Source: Acidobacteriaceae bacterium
GTDB lineage: Bacteria > Acidobacteriota > Terriglobia > Terriglobales > Acidobacteriaceae
Direction of reading: 5' to 3'
Assembly: GCA_045808105.1 (NCBI GenBank)
Contig: JBJMGC010000031.1
Coordinates: forward strand, 854-64,853
DNA length: 64,000 nucleotides
Positions within the stretch are counted from its first letter, which is position 1, and the number at the start of each line of letters is the position of its first letter. Below the pieces are notes generated by a model. That model was not told the origin of the DNA and did no database searches. It saw only the letters and a program-made list of their open reading frames with translations. Positions 10,339-19,604 of this stretch are shown here, in pieces. The position numbers and the translations under genes are program-made.

Positions 10339-10665
10339 ATGCCACAGAAGAACGAATCGGCAAAAAACAATGCAGCGAAGAACCAGCTAACCATTCCGCC
10401 GGCAGCCGCCGATGATCCGAAGGCTTTTGAGCTGGTGCGCGCATGGGTGGCAGGCGGCGATCTGCACGTGAGTCTGCAGATGGGCGGCTGGGACGACCCC
10501 ACCGCATGGGGCGTGGTGCTGGCGGACCTGGTGCGGCACGTTGCGCGCTTTTATGCCGAGCAGAAGCAGCTGCAGCCGGAAGAGACCGTCGAGAGGGTGC
10601 GGGATGCCATGGATAGAGAATTGGACGGGGAAGAGGAATCTCCGGAAGGCGGCCGGGTGCAATGA
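10339..10665 (+). CDS. DUF5076-like protein
   Basis: ELVRAWVA...LHVSL...WDDPTAWGVVLADLVRHVA pattern. Confidence 0.75.
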   Translation: MPQKNESAKNNAAKNQLTIPPAAADDPKAFELVRAWVAGGDLHVSLQMGGWDDPTAWGVVLADLVRHVARFYAEQKQLQPEETVERVRDAMDRELDGEEESPEGGRVQ

Positions 10666-10746
10666 GGTCTTCTGCTTGAAACCTGCAATCCTGCTACGAA
10701 ATCCGCAAGCCGTCGTCTGCACGATCCCGAAGAGCGGCAAAGCCAC

Positions 10747-11694
10747 TCACCGCATATACGGCGTCAGGTTGCTGTCGATGGTCTCAAACTCCTGCTTCGA
10801 TAACGGCAGCTGCTGAAAGGCACGCAAGGCCTGCTCCGGCGTCATCCCGCCACCAAAGGCGCCATCGGAACCCCACAGAATCCGCTTCACGCCAACCTGC
10901 CGGATCCGTTGCGCAATGAGTTCCTTCTTGTCCTCCCAGTGGCCCATACCCGCCACCCCGCAGATGTCGAAGTACACATGCGCCATTCGGGGGTCACGCT
11001 TTCGAAGCGCATCGATGAATACCAGTAGCGCCTCATCCACTCCGGTATCGTCGTATCCTCCGGAGCCGGCCAGATGTGCAATCTGCACCGGTACGTGCGC
11101 GGCTGCCGGAAGAACCTCGTTGAGAAAAATCCGTGCCTCCTGCGCTCCATATGACCGGTGCCGCGTCACCGAGGAATGCATGTGAACCACAATCGCCATC
11201 CCATGCTCATCCGCAGCCTGGAAGACCGCGCGCACCTTGGCCACCTCTTCCGGCTGATCCATGTCCACATCGGAATTTCCAAAATGCAGTTTCAGTCCGA
11301 AGTGCAGATAGGGATCCTTTGCGCATCGCGCGATTTCCGCAAGCGCATAGTCCTTGAGGGGATCCACTCCGCAAAACGCTCGAAGCCGCCCCGGATATTG
11401 CGCCACCTGCTGCGCCGTCCAGTCGTTCTCAGCCCTCACCTTCGCGTACTCATCCTTCACCGCAGGCTTGTTTGGATTGCCATACTGATATGCCAGGGAC
11501 AAAATCAGTGCCCGTTGCACCCCAGCAGCGTCTAACAATGCAATGAGATCGCGCGCGGTAAATGGATTCGGTAACGACCCCAGACGAGCCGCAGCAGGAC
11601 TCAGCAGATGCTGGTGATAATCGATCGCGGGCCGCAGCGAATCATCCCGGATTCCCAGCAGGACCAACGAAACGATGAGGAAAGCGATTTTCAT
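10747..11694 (-). CDS. Amidohydrolase_2-family metallohydrolase with signal-peptide-like N-terminus
   Basis: IDYHQH, GLKLH, IVVHM, IAHLAG and ILWGSD motifs; hydrophobic N-terminus MKIAFLIVSLVLLG. Confidence 0.88.
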   Translation of the reverse strand: MKIAFLIVSLVLLGIRDDSLRPAIDYHQHLLSPAAARLGSLPNPFTARDLIALLDAAGVQRALILSLAYQYGNPNKPAVKDEYAKVRAENDWTAQQVAQYPGRLRAFCGVDPLKDYALAEIARCAKDPYLHFGLKLHFGNSDVDMDQPEEVAKVRAVFQAADEHGMAIVVHMHSSVTRHRSYGAQEARIFLNEVLPAAAHVPVQIAHLAGSGGYDDTGVDEALLVFIDALRKRDPRMAHVYFDICGVAGMGHWEDKKELIAQRIRQVGVKRILWGSDGAFGGGMTPEQALRAFQQLPLSKQEFETIDSNLTPYMR

Positions 11695-11759
11695 ATCCAG
11701 CTTGTCCCGGCGAAGATGATGAGCAGGCGATAATAGCAAGGACGGCCATACAGGAGCGC

Positions 11760-12377
11760 ATGATGCTGGCAGATCTCGGCCCCACTCCCCGGCGTTTGAA
11801 ACTCCAAGGCCCCGCGCTCTCCGTCGCCATTCATATCACCATCATCCTTGCAGCCGCCGCCTGGATCTATCGCACACCGCGGATCGCGCATTTCAAGTTG
11901 CCAGGTACCGCGCACGGATTGACGCTCCTCACCTATTACAGTCCCGGCAGCCGCAAACCTGCGGCATCAGACTCCGTCGTTCATAGCAAGCAAACCAAAG
12001 CAGGCAAAGCCCGCGGCCGCAAGGAAGTCGCTAAGCCAGCTCCGCCTGAGCCGCCGCATGCCGATCCCGGCACCGGCAACACCACCGAGAGCGGCATCGG
12101 CGAAGGTGATATCCGCATCGCTCTGCTGCAGCATTTCCCCTACCCCCAGCCGGACCTCTCCGCGCTTGCGCACGGAACCAAAGGCGACGTCGTCCTAGAC
12201 GCTGTGATCGATGAGCACGGCAGAGTCACCGGGCTCACCCTCCTGAAAGGTCTCGCACCTTCGATCGACCAGGAAGTCATCGCCGCGGTAAAGCAATGGC
12301 TCTTCACACCGGCGACCAAGGACGGCATGCCCGTCGCCAGCGAGCAGGAATTTCACTTCCACTACGAGCGCGGCTGA
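11760..12377 (+). CDS. Energy transducer TonB family protein
   Basis: TM anchor SVAIH, Pro/Lys linker and TonB_C domain (GDVVLDAVIDEHGRV...AVKQWLFTPATKDG). Confidence 0.9.
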   Translation: MMLADLGPTPRRLKLQGPALSVAIHITIILAAAAWIYRTPRIAHFKLPGTAHGLTLLTYYSPGSRKPAASDSVVHSKQTKAGKARGRKEVAKPAPPEPPHADPGTGNTTESGIGEGDIRIALLQHFPYPQPDLSALAHGTKGDVVLDAVIDEHGRVTGLTLLKGLAPSIDQEVIAAVKQWLFTPATKDGMPVASEQEFHFHYERG

Positions 12378-12492
12378 CAGCCATGCCTCGCGATCCGGGA
12401 AGGCTATAATCGCTCCCTGTTCTTAGCTTCCTCGTATACCGTCGGAGGAACTACGGCCGATCACGTCCTGAACATCTGTGCCGGATATTGCT

Positions 12493-13497
12493 ATGCGCAG
12501 CCGTTTGCTTCACCGCGTCCTTTTCATTGCCGGGCTGCTGTGCGTCACGTTGCTGATCGGCACCACCGGTTTCGTTCTCATCGAGCGCTATACATGGTTC
12601 GAGGGTTTCTACATGACTCTCACCACCATCACCACCATCGGCTATCAGGAACTGCGGCCTCTCAGCCATGCCGGGCGCATTTTTAATACCTTCCTCATTC
12701 TCTTTGGAGTCAGCGCGCTCTTCCTGTCGTTCGGCGCGATGACGCAAACCATCATCGAGCTCGAACTGCAGGATCTCTACAACAAACGTAGGAACAAACG
12801 CATGATCGACCGTCTGGAGAATCACTTCATCGTCTGCGGCTTCGGCCGCGTAGGCCGCAATGCCTCCTATGAAATGCAACGCGCGAAGGCTTCCTTCCTC
12901 GTCGTCGACCGGAGCGAGCAGCGCGTCGCCAAGGCGTCGAGCGCGGGAATGCTTGCTGTTGTCGCAGACGCAACGCGCGATGACGACCTGCGCGAAGCCG
13001 GCGTGCTCCGGGCCAAAGGGCTGATCGCTGCCTTACCCTCCGACGCCGAAAATCTTTTCATCATCCTCTCGGCGAAAACTCTCAATCCCAAACTCACTGT
13101 GGTCACTCGTGTTTCTGAAGAAGAGGCTGGTGAAAAGCTGCGCCGCGCCGGAGCGGACACGGTCTTTACTCCCTACGCCATGGCCGGCCGCCAGCTTGCC
13201 GATGCCTTGCTCCGCCCTCACGTCGTCGAGTTCCTCGACTTTGCCGCAACCAATATGGCATCGAAAGTTACGACAGAACAGATCTGTGTCGCCCCAAGGA
13301 CTGCACTCGCCGGCAAGACGCTCGGGCAATTAGCGGATTTCCCCAACTCCGGAGTGATCGTGCTCGCCATCCGCAAGCAGCATGGCGAAACGATCTTCAA
13401 CCCACCGGCCGAATCCGAGATCGCCGCCGGCGATTTTCTCATCGTCATGGGGGAGCAGCCCGGCTTGCAAAAACTCGAACAGATGCTCACCAGCTGA
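12493..13497 (+). CDS. 2TM cation (K+) channel with RCK/TrkA-N and TrkA-C domains (MthK-like)
   Basis: TM1, pore (TITTIGYQE) and TM2, followed by HFIVCGFGRVG Rossmann RCK domain and TrkA-C. Confidence 0.9.
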   Translation: MRSRLLHRVLFIAGLLCVTLLIGTTGFVLIERYTWFEGFYMTLTTITTIGYQELRPLSHAGRIFNTFLILFGVSALFLSFGAMTQTIIELELQDLYNKRRNKRMIDRLENHFIVCGFGRVGRNASYEMQRAKASFLVVDRSEQRVAKASSAGMLAVVADATRDDDLREAGVLRAKGLIAALPSDAENLFIILSAKTLNPKLTVVTRVSEEEAGEKLRRAGADTVFTPYAMAGRQLADALLRPHVVEFLDFAATNMASKVTTEQICVAPRTALAGKTLGQLADFPNSGVIVLAIRKQHGETIFNPPAESEIAAGDFLIVMGEQPGLQKLEQMLTS

Positions 13498-13834
13498 TCG
13501 GCGTGAGTAGCGAAGTTTAGGAATCTTTCAGGCAATATCTTGTGGGATGTGTCGCTCGCCAAAGCGGCGTAACCATCTCGCCGTTACTGGCCGATGGGTA
13601 CGGTCGAAATAGCGGACACCAGAGATTCGTAGACGCACCCGATCTTTTTGCGATACGTCTTAATAGAACAAGTCTGCGCCCCCTCGCAGACGGATTAGCC
13701 GGACAAATAATTTCCGGCGCAGCAAGGCAGGCATATGCCAACCACTCCAATAGAGAGCGGAGCCTTCTGATCCTTTTTCTGCTTTGGGCCCAGTTGTATT
13801 CAACCCGCTATTCCAATTAGCAAGGTACCCCGCA

Positions 13835-16300
13835 ATGAAGATGCGTCTCGACCGGTGTCTCTACAGGATAGCTCCGCCTTTGGCGACGCTATTGCTGCTT
13901 TCTTTTCTGCTGATATTTGCTGGATGCGGCGGGGCCAAGTCAGCCAGTTTGTCGAGCGATCCATCCACTCCGCCTGCTGCTCCGACTGTAAGTATCGCCG
14001 CCAGCCCTGCTTCGATTAACCCGGGAGCTTCCTCCAGCTTAACCGTGACAGCGACCAATGCGACTGCCGTCACTGTGAGCGGTTCGGACGGCAGCAGCTA
14101 CACACTCGGCGGGAGCGGCGGCACGCAAGCCGTCACTCCCGCAGCAACCGCGACCTACACCGCCACCGCGACCGGTACGGGCGGGAAGGCAACCGGAACA
14201 GCAACCGTCACAGTCGCCGCAGGCCTGCCAGCGCCCACCGTGACCATCGCGGCCAAGCCGACATCGATCATCGTGGGCAGTTCCTCCACACTGACTGTCA
14301 CCGCCGCGAACGCAACCGCTGTAATGGTAAGTGGCTCGGATGGCAGCAGCTATACGCTCGCCGCGACCGGCGGAACGCAAGCCGTCAGTCCGGCTGCGAC
14401 CACAATATATACAGCGAAGGCGAGCGGTTCGGGCGGCAACACCTCGGCAACCGCTACAGTCATGGTGACGGATCCATCGGCCATTGCCGTGAGCATCATG
14501 GCTGCCCCGACATCGATCAGCGCAAGCGGATCCTCAACCTTGACCGTGGTTGCCACCCACGCCACCGCTGTGGCAGTGACTGGCTCGGATGGCAGCAGCT
14601 ACACCATGGCCGCGAGCGGCGGAACACAAAAGGTTTCGCCTGCCGTGACCACGACCTACACCGCGGATGCGACCGGACCCACAGGACACGATTCTTCTAC
14701 TGCAACAGTGACAGTGATTCCGCCAGGCAGCAATTCGCCTATCAATCACGTCATCTTCATGATGCAGGAGAACCACACCTTCGATAACTACTTTGGGATG
14801 CTCAACCTCTATCGCCGCAGCAACAGTATGAACGTCGGCGATGACGGGAATGTGTACACCGTTGACGGCATCGACGATAAGTTGAATACCAGCAACGTGG
14901 ATGACGAAGGCGTCTCTCATCCGCTCTTCAAATTCAAGTCCTCCTGCATCGACGATGCCTCCTCGGCGTGGTTGGAAAGCTATGGTGATGTGAATCGCTA
15001 TAACTTCCTCGCCAGCCGGCCCCTGCTCGACGATGGCTTTGTCCACACCGCCGAGGGCTTCGCAAAGAGTTGTGCCCTTTCCGGCACATGTTCCGGCGAT
15101 TACACCGATACCGCCGGCCAGCGCGCCATGGGTTACTACGATCAGGATTTTCTGAACTACTACTACTACATGGCCTCGCAGTTCGCCGTCTCGGATCGCT
15201 GGTTCTCGCCGATCGCGAGTAAGAGTAATCCCAACCGCATTGCCACCTTCAGCGGCGGCACGACGCAGGGCCTCGCGTTCGATCCCGGCTACGACGACCA
15301 TGTGGGCTCGCTCAACCTGCCCAGCATCTTCAAGGCGCTCGACGACGCGCACGTGTCATGGAAGGTCTATTACTCTGATACCGCCGGTGAGTGCGGCGTC
15401 GGGGACAATGACTGCGGAACCGGCGGAGCAGCAAATTATCCCGCCACCGCGCTCGGCTATATCACTTACACCAAGAAGTATCTCTACCCCAACCTGACCA
15501 ACGCTGCCTGCACCGGCACTACCCAGCCTTCCAGCGTGGTCGGCGATCCCAACAATTATTTCTGCATCGATACCGCTCGCGTTGCACCGCTATCCACTTA
15601 CTTCAGCGATCTCACCAACGGCACGCTTCCCAGCTTTGCATTCATCGAGCCGGGTTACGGTATTAATGACGAACATCCCGGCTCCTTCCAGCCCATCCTG
15701 CTGGGACAGCAGCAGATGGCGAAGATCATCAATGCGTTCATGGCCAGCCCGGAGTGGAAAGACGGCGTCTTCTTCTTCAGTTACGACGAAGGTGGCGGTC
15801 CTTACGATCACGTTCCACCCGTGCCCCACCACACCAACGACAAGATCACAACAGCAGACAAGCCGAACTACCCGGTCGATATCGCCAGCATCTCGGTGAA
15901 TCCGGATAGCTTCAACCCATGCCAGCCCGCCACACCGCCGGCAACGGCTCACTGCGATCTGCGCGCCGACAGCCCCGGTGCCCATTCCGGTGACGCCGCA
16001 GCCATTAACGGCTTCGCCGCACAGATCGGCTTCCGCGTTCCCAACATCGTGATCTCGCCATTCACGCGGCGGCACTATGTCTCGCACGTGCCCATGGATC
16101 ACACGGCCATCATGAAGTTTGTGGAGAACCGCTTCATCGGCGGCGCCGCACACCTCACAGCCCGTGATGCCGCACAGCCCGATCTGCTCGACTTCTTCGA
16201 CTTCACCAAGAAGCCCTGGGCGACGCCACCAACGCCGCCTACCCCGGCATCCAACGTCACTCTCGGCAACATCAACACCTGCACCCCATCGAGTATGTAA
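13835..16300 (+). CDS. Lipoprotein phosphoesterase/phospholipase C (AcpA/PlcH family) with three Ig-like repeats
   Basis: Lipobox FAGC, three Thr/Ala-rich repeats, then HVIFMMQENHTFDNYFG, SNPNR, DEHP, YDEGGGPYDHV, GFRVP and MDHTA. Confidence 0.9.
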   Translation: MKMRLDRCLYRIAPPLATLLLLSFLLIFAGCGGAKSASLSSDPSTPPAAPTVSIAASPASINPGASSSLTVTATNATAVTVSGSDGSSYTLGGSGGTQAVTPAATATYTATATGTGGKATGTATVTVAAGLPAPTVTIAAKPTSIIVGSSSTLTVTAANATAVMVSGSDGSSYTLAATGGTQAVSPAATTIYTAKASGSGGNTSATATVMVTDPSAIAVSIMAAPTSISASGSSTLTVVATHATAVAVTGSDGSSYTMAASGGTQKVSPAVTTTYTADATGPTGHDSSTATVTVIPPGSNSPINHVIFMMQENHTFDNYFGMLNLYRRSNSMNVGDDGNVYTVDGIDDKLNTSNVDDEGVSHPLFKFKSSCIDDASSAWLESYGDVNRYNFLASRPLLDDGFVHTAEGFAKSCALSGTCSGDYTDTAGQRAMGYYDQDFLNYYYYMASQFAVSDRWFSPIASKSNPNRIATFSGGTTQGLAFDPGYDDHVGSLNLPSIFKALDDAHVSWKVYYSDTAGECGVGDNDCGTGGAANYPATALGYITYTKKYLYPNLTNAACTGTTQPSSVVGDPNNYFCIDTARVAPLSTYFSDLTNGTLPSFAFIEPGYGINDEHPGSFQPILLGQQQMAKIINAFMASPEWKDGVFFFSYDEGGGPYDHVPPVPHHTNDKITTADKPNYPVDIASISVNPDSFNPCQPATPPATAHCDLRADSPGAHSGDAAAINGFAAQIGFRVPNIVISPFTRRHYVSHVPMDHTAIMKFVENRFIGGAAHLTARDAAQPDLLDFFDFTKKPWATPPTPPTPASNVTLGNINTCTPSSM
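13982..14720 (+). repeat. Three intragenic ~250-bp tandem repeats encoding Ig-like modules
   Basis: Each repeat contains S-S-x-LTV-x-A-x-x-ATAV-x-V-x-GSDGSSYT-x4-GGTQ-x-V-x-PA-x-T-x-x-YTA; GGCAGCAGCTA occurs three times. Confidence 0.85.
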
Positions 16301-16317
16301 ACCTTTGCTGGCATCAC

Positions 16318-16349
16318 ATCCGGGCGGACCTTACCGCCCGGATTTTTTT
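16318..16349 (+). terminator. Intrinsic terminator after the phosphoesterase
   Basis: ATCCGGGCGG-loop-CCGCCCGGAT followed by a T-run. Confidence 0.85.
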
Positions 16350-16456
16350 ATGCGCAGAGTCGCTGCGCTCCTGAGCGAACGAGCGGTGCAGCTGGCGAAT
16401 GATCGTCTACACTGTGTTGTCTCGGCCGAGACCCATTGGGTTAAGAGGAATTTCGA

Positions 16457-18079
16457 ATGCGCGCCCTCTTCGTGTTCTTCATGGTGCTGGCTCCTTTGTG
16501 GCTAAGGGGTTTCGCCCAGACGCGCCAACCTGCCCCGGCGGAAAAACTTGGCACGGTCCACTTCAGCACCTCCTGCAGTGCCGCAGTTGCACCAGAGTTC
16601 AATCGAGCCGTGGCGCTCATGCACTCGTTTCAGTTTGCTCGCGCAATCGAAGCGTTTCACGCAATCGCGGTCAGCGATCCATCCTGTTCGATGGCGTATT
16701 GGGGAGTCGCTCTCAGCAGTTGGGGCAACCCTTTCGCTCCCGGTGTAAGGCCTCGCGCGCAATTGGAGCAGGGCTTGAGAGCCGTCATGCAGGCACAGGA
16801 TGCGAAGCCGAAAACTGCGCGTGAGCGTGCCTATGTGGAGGCTGTGGCACATCTCTATACGAACGCGGCGACGATCGATCAGCCGTCACGTGTTCTGGCC
16901 TACGAAACCGCGATGGGCGCCGTCAGCGCGAACTATTCTGAAGACACTGAGGCCGCGATATTTTACGCGCTGGCTATGGCCGCGGCCGCTGATCCGGCCG
17001 ACAAAACCTATGCCCGGCAACTGAAGGCCGGCCAGATGTTGGAGAGCTTGTACGCCAAGTACCCGGACCATCCCGGCCTGGCGCACTACATCATTCATGC
17101 GTATGACGTTCCTGCGCTGGCTGCCCGCGCGTCTGGGGCGGCGCAGCACTATAGCGAGATTGCTCCCTCCACCCCGCATGCTTTGCACATGCCGTCTCAC
17201 ACCTTTACACGATTGGGTGAGTGGCAGCGTTCCATTGATGCCAATATCGCCTCTAACTCATCTGCTCGAAACGCAGGCCAGCCAGCCGAGGAGTTGCATG
17301 CCTGCGACTACCTGATCTACGCGTATTTGCAGACCGCGCAGGACTCCGCCGCAAAACGCATCGTGGAGTCGGCGGTTAAAATATTTTCGCGCTTTGATCC
17401 CAACGTGCTAATTGGCGGAGCCGGCAGTCCGGCCGCCGCATACTACGCCCATGCCGCCATTCCTGCTCGCTTTGCACTGGAGCGCCGGGCCTGGGCCGAC
17501 GCTGCTCGGCTCGAGCCCACCCCCAGCCCATATCCGCAGACAGAGGCGATCACCTACTTTGCCCGAGGACTGGGAGCCGCGCGGTTGGCCGACGGCGTCT
17601 CAGCCCGCTCGGCAATCGGATCTCTGGAAGAGAGCCGCGACAAGCTCATTCAAATGAAAGAAACATACTGGGCAAATCAGGTCGAAATCCAGCGCCAGGA
17701 AGTCGTCGCCTGGTTGGCCTTTGCCGAGCGAAAGCCGCAGGACGCTGTCGCAGGTTTACGCTCAGCGGCGGCCTTGGAAGACCAGACCGAAAAGAGCGCG
17801 GTCACGCCCGGTCCTCTAGCCCCGGCGCGTGAACAACTGGGAGACTTGCTGCTGGAAATGAAGCAGCCCTCGGCCGCTCTCAAGGAATTCGAATCGACAC
17901 TGGTTAAAGAGCCCAATCGTTTTCGAAGCCTGTATGGGGCAGCCGAGGCGGCAAGGTTATCCGGCGATCGGCAGATGGAGCGAACCTATTTTCTGAAGCT
18001 GACCAAGGTTGCCGAACGCTCCGATCAACCTGGACGTCCGGAGCTTGCCGAAGCGCATCGGCAGATCGAGGCGCCGTAG
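16457..18079 (+). CDS. Exported TPR-like helical repeat protein
   Basis: Signal peptide, LGTVHFSTSCS, CSMAYWGVAL, PDHPGLAHYIIHAYD, HALHMPSHTF and EPNRFRSLYGAA. Confidence 0.8.
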   Translation: MRALFVFFMVLAPLWLRGFAQTRQPAPAEKLGTVHFSTSCSAAVAPEFNRAVALMHSFQFARAIEAFHAIAVSDPSCSMAYWGVALSSWGNPFAPGVRPRAQLEQGLRAVMQAQDAKPKTARERAYVEAVAHLYTNAATIDQPSRVLAYETAMGAVSANYSEDTEAAIFYALAMAAAADPADKTYARQLKAGQMLESLYAKYPDHPGLAHYIIHAYDVPALAARASGAAQHYSEIAPSTPHALHMPSHTFTRLGEWQRSIDANIASNSSARNAGQPAEELHACDYLIYAYLQTAQDSAAKRIVESAVKIFSRFDPNVLIGGAGSPAAAYYAHAAIPARFALERRAWADAARLEPTPSPYPQTEAITYFARGLGAARLADGVSARSAIGSLEESRDKLIQMKETYWANQVEIQRQEVVAWLAFAERKPQDAVAGLRSAAALEDQTEKSAVTPGPLAPAREQLGDLLLEMKQPSAALKEFESTLVKEPNRFRSLYGAAEAARLSGDRQMERTYFLKLTKVAERSDQPGRPELAEAHRQIEAP

Positions 18080-18168
18080 ACGTCCCTTGGTAGTGTGCAC
18101 CACGTCTCATTTGTGCAACCGCCGACGTGGCAAATAGGGAATGCCCAGCCTAGATCAATCGCCAGGGA

Positions 18169-19554
18169 TCAGCTCTTCCGCGAGCGCATCTTCTTCGCCC
18201 AGTCTGGCTTGATCGTCTGCCGCGCGCGGCCCAATGCCAGCGCATCCGGCGGAACATCTTCAGTAATGGTCGAGCCCGCCGCGATGTAACTTCCATCCGC
18301 AATCGCGAGGGGAGCCACCAGCGTCGAGTCGCTGCCGACGAAAGCATTCGCGCCAATCGTTGTCCGGTGCTTGCTCTTGCCGTCGTAGTTACAGGTGATC
18401 GTGCCCGCGCCGATGTTCGTGCCCGCCCCGATCTCCGCATCGCCGATGTAGCTCAGGTGGTTCGCCTTCGCGCCGGCTCCCATCCGCGACTTCTTGGTCT
18501 CCACAAAATTTCCCACGTGCGCGCCTTCGCCAATCTCCGACTCCGGCCGCAGATGCGAATACGGTCCGATCAGCGCGTTCTTCGCGATCACGGAAGAGCT
18601 GATGATCGACCCATTGCGTACCAGGACATCGTCGCCAATCGTCGAGTCCTCAATCACCGAGTACGAGCGGATGCGGCACCCGCTTCCGATCTTCGTCCGC
18701 CCCAGCAACTGCACGAATGGCTCCACAACCGTGTCCGGACCCACGCTCACTATGCTGTCGATCACCGATGTCTCCGGGCGGAAGATCGTCACGCCTTCGC
18801 CCATCAGCGCGCGCGCCGTGCGCAGCCGCATTTCGGCATCCAGCTCCATCATCTCCGCGATGGTGTTCGCGCCCAGCACCTCGTGCACGTCCGCCGTCTC
18901 CAGCGCGACCACGCGCTCCCTGGCCTTCACCAGCAGCGCCGCCATATCTGTCAGGTAGAACTCGCCATGTGCGTTATCGGTAGAGAGTTCGCCGATATGC
19001 TTGAACAGCGGCTCCGACCGAAACGTGTAAATCCCCGAGTTGATTTCCGGCGCCGAGCGCTGCTCCGGCGTCAGCGCCTTCTGCTCGACGATCGCCACCA
19101 CTTCCGGCTTGTCTGCACTCTTGCGGATCACGCGGCCGTATCCCGTCGGATCCTCCGGCCGCGTCGTCAGCACGGTCATCGCCGCCTGCTGCTCCAGGTG
19201 GAAGTCGCGCAGCCGCAGGATGGTCTCCGTTCGGATCATCGGCGCGTCTCCGGAGAGCACGATCAGGTTTTCGTATCCCTCCACCTCGGGCTTTGTTGTC
19301 TGGATCGCGTGTCCGGTGCCGCGCTGCTCCGCCTGCACCACAAAGCGCACGCCCGTATGCGCGAGTGCTGCGCGGACCGCTGCCGCCTCATGCCCGATGA
19401 CGACGTAGATATCCTTCGGCTGCACCACCTGCGCAGCGGCCGCCACTACGTGCTCCACCAGCGCGCGGCCGCCGATCTGGTGCAGCACCTTCGGGCGGCG
19501 CGACTTGAGCCGCGTGCCCTTGCCCGCGGCCATGATGACAATCGCCAGTTGCAT
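18169..19554 (-). CDS. glmU: Bifunctional UDP-GlcNAc pyrophosphorylase / glucosamine-1-phosphate acetyltransferase
   Basis: MAAGKGTRLKS-PKVLH, GTGHA, GYGRV, EINSGIY, GNFVETK, HLSYIGDA, NYDG and hexapeptide repeats. Confidence 0.97.
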   Translation of the reverse strand: MQLAIVIMAAGKGTRLKSRRPKVLHQIGGRALVEHVVAAAAQVVQPKDIYVVIGHEAAAVRAALAHTGVRFVVQAEQRGTGHAIQTTKPEVEGYENLIVLSGDAPMIRTETILRLRDFHLEQQAAMTVLTTRPEDPTGYGRVIRKSADKPEVVAIVEQKALTPEQRSAPEINSGIYTFRSEPLFKHIGELSTDNAHGEFYLTDMAALLVKARERVVALETADVHEVLGANTIAEMMELDAEMRLRTARALMGEGVTIFRPETSVIDSIVSVGPDTVVEPFVQLLGRTKIGSGCRIRSYSVIEDSTIGDDVLVRNGSIISSSVIAKNALIGPYSHLRPESEIGEGAHVGNFVETKKSRMGAGAKANHLSYIGDAEIGAGTNIGAGTITCNYDGKSKHRTTIGANAFVGSDSTLVAPLAIADGSYIAAGSTITEDVPPDALALGRARQTIKPDWAKKMRSRKS

Positions 19555-19604
19555 GGAAGTCCTTTGCGTGCGCTCGCTGCCCCAGACAGGAGCCCGAGAC
19601 AGGA

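Noticed and set aside
13500-13830. ncRNA or small ORF upstream of the phosphoesterase
   Set aside because: Only two short hairpins and unconvincing ORFs; no recognisable RNA family.
13982-14720. CRISPR-like or non-coding tandem repeat
   Set aside because: The repeats are in-frame protein-domain duplications with no spacers or cas genes.
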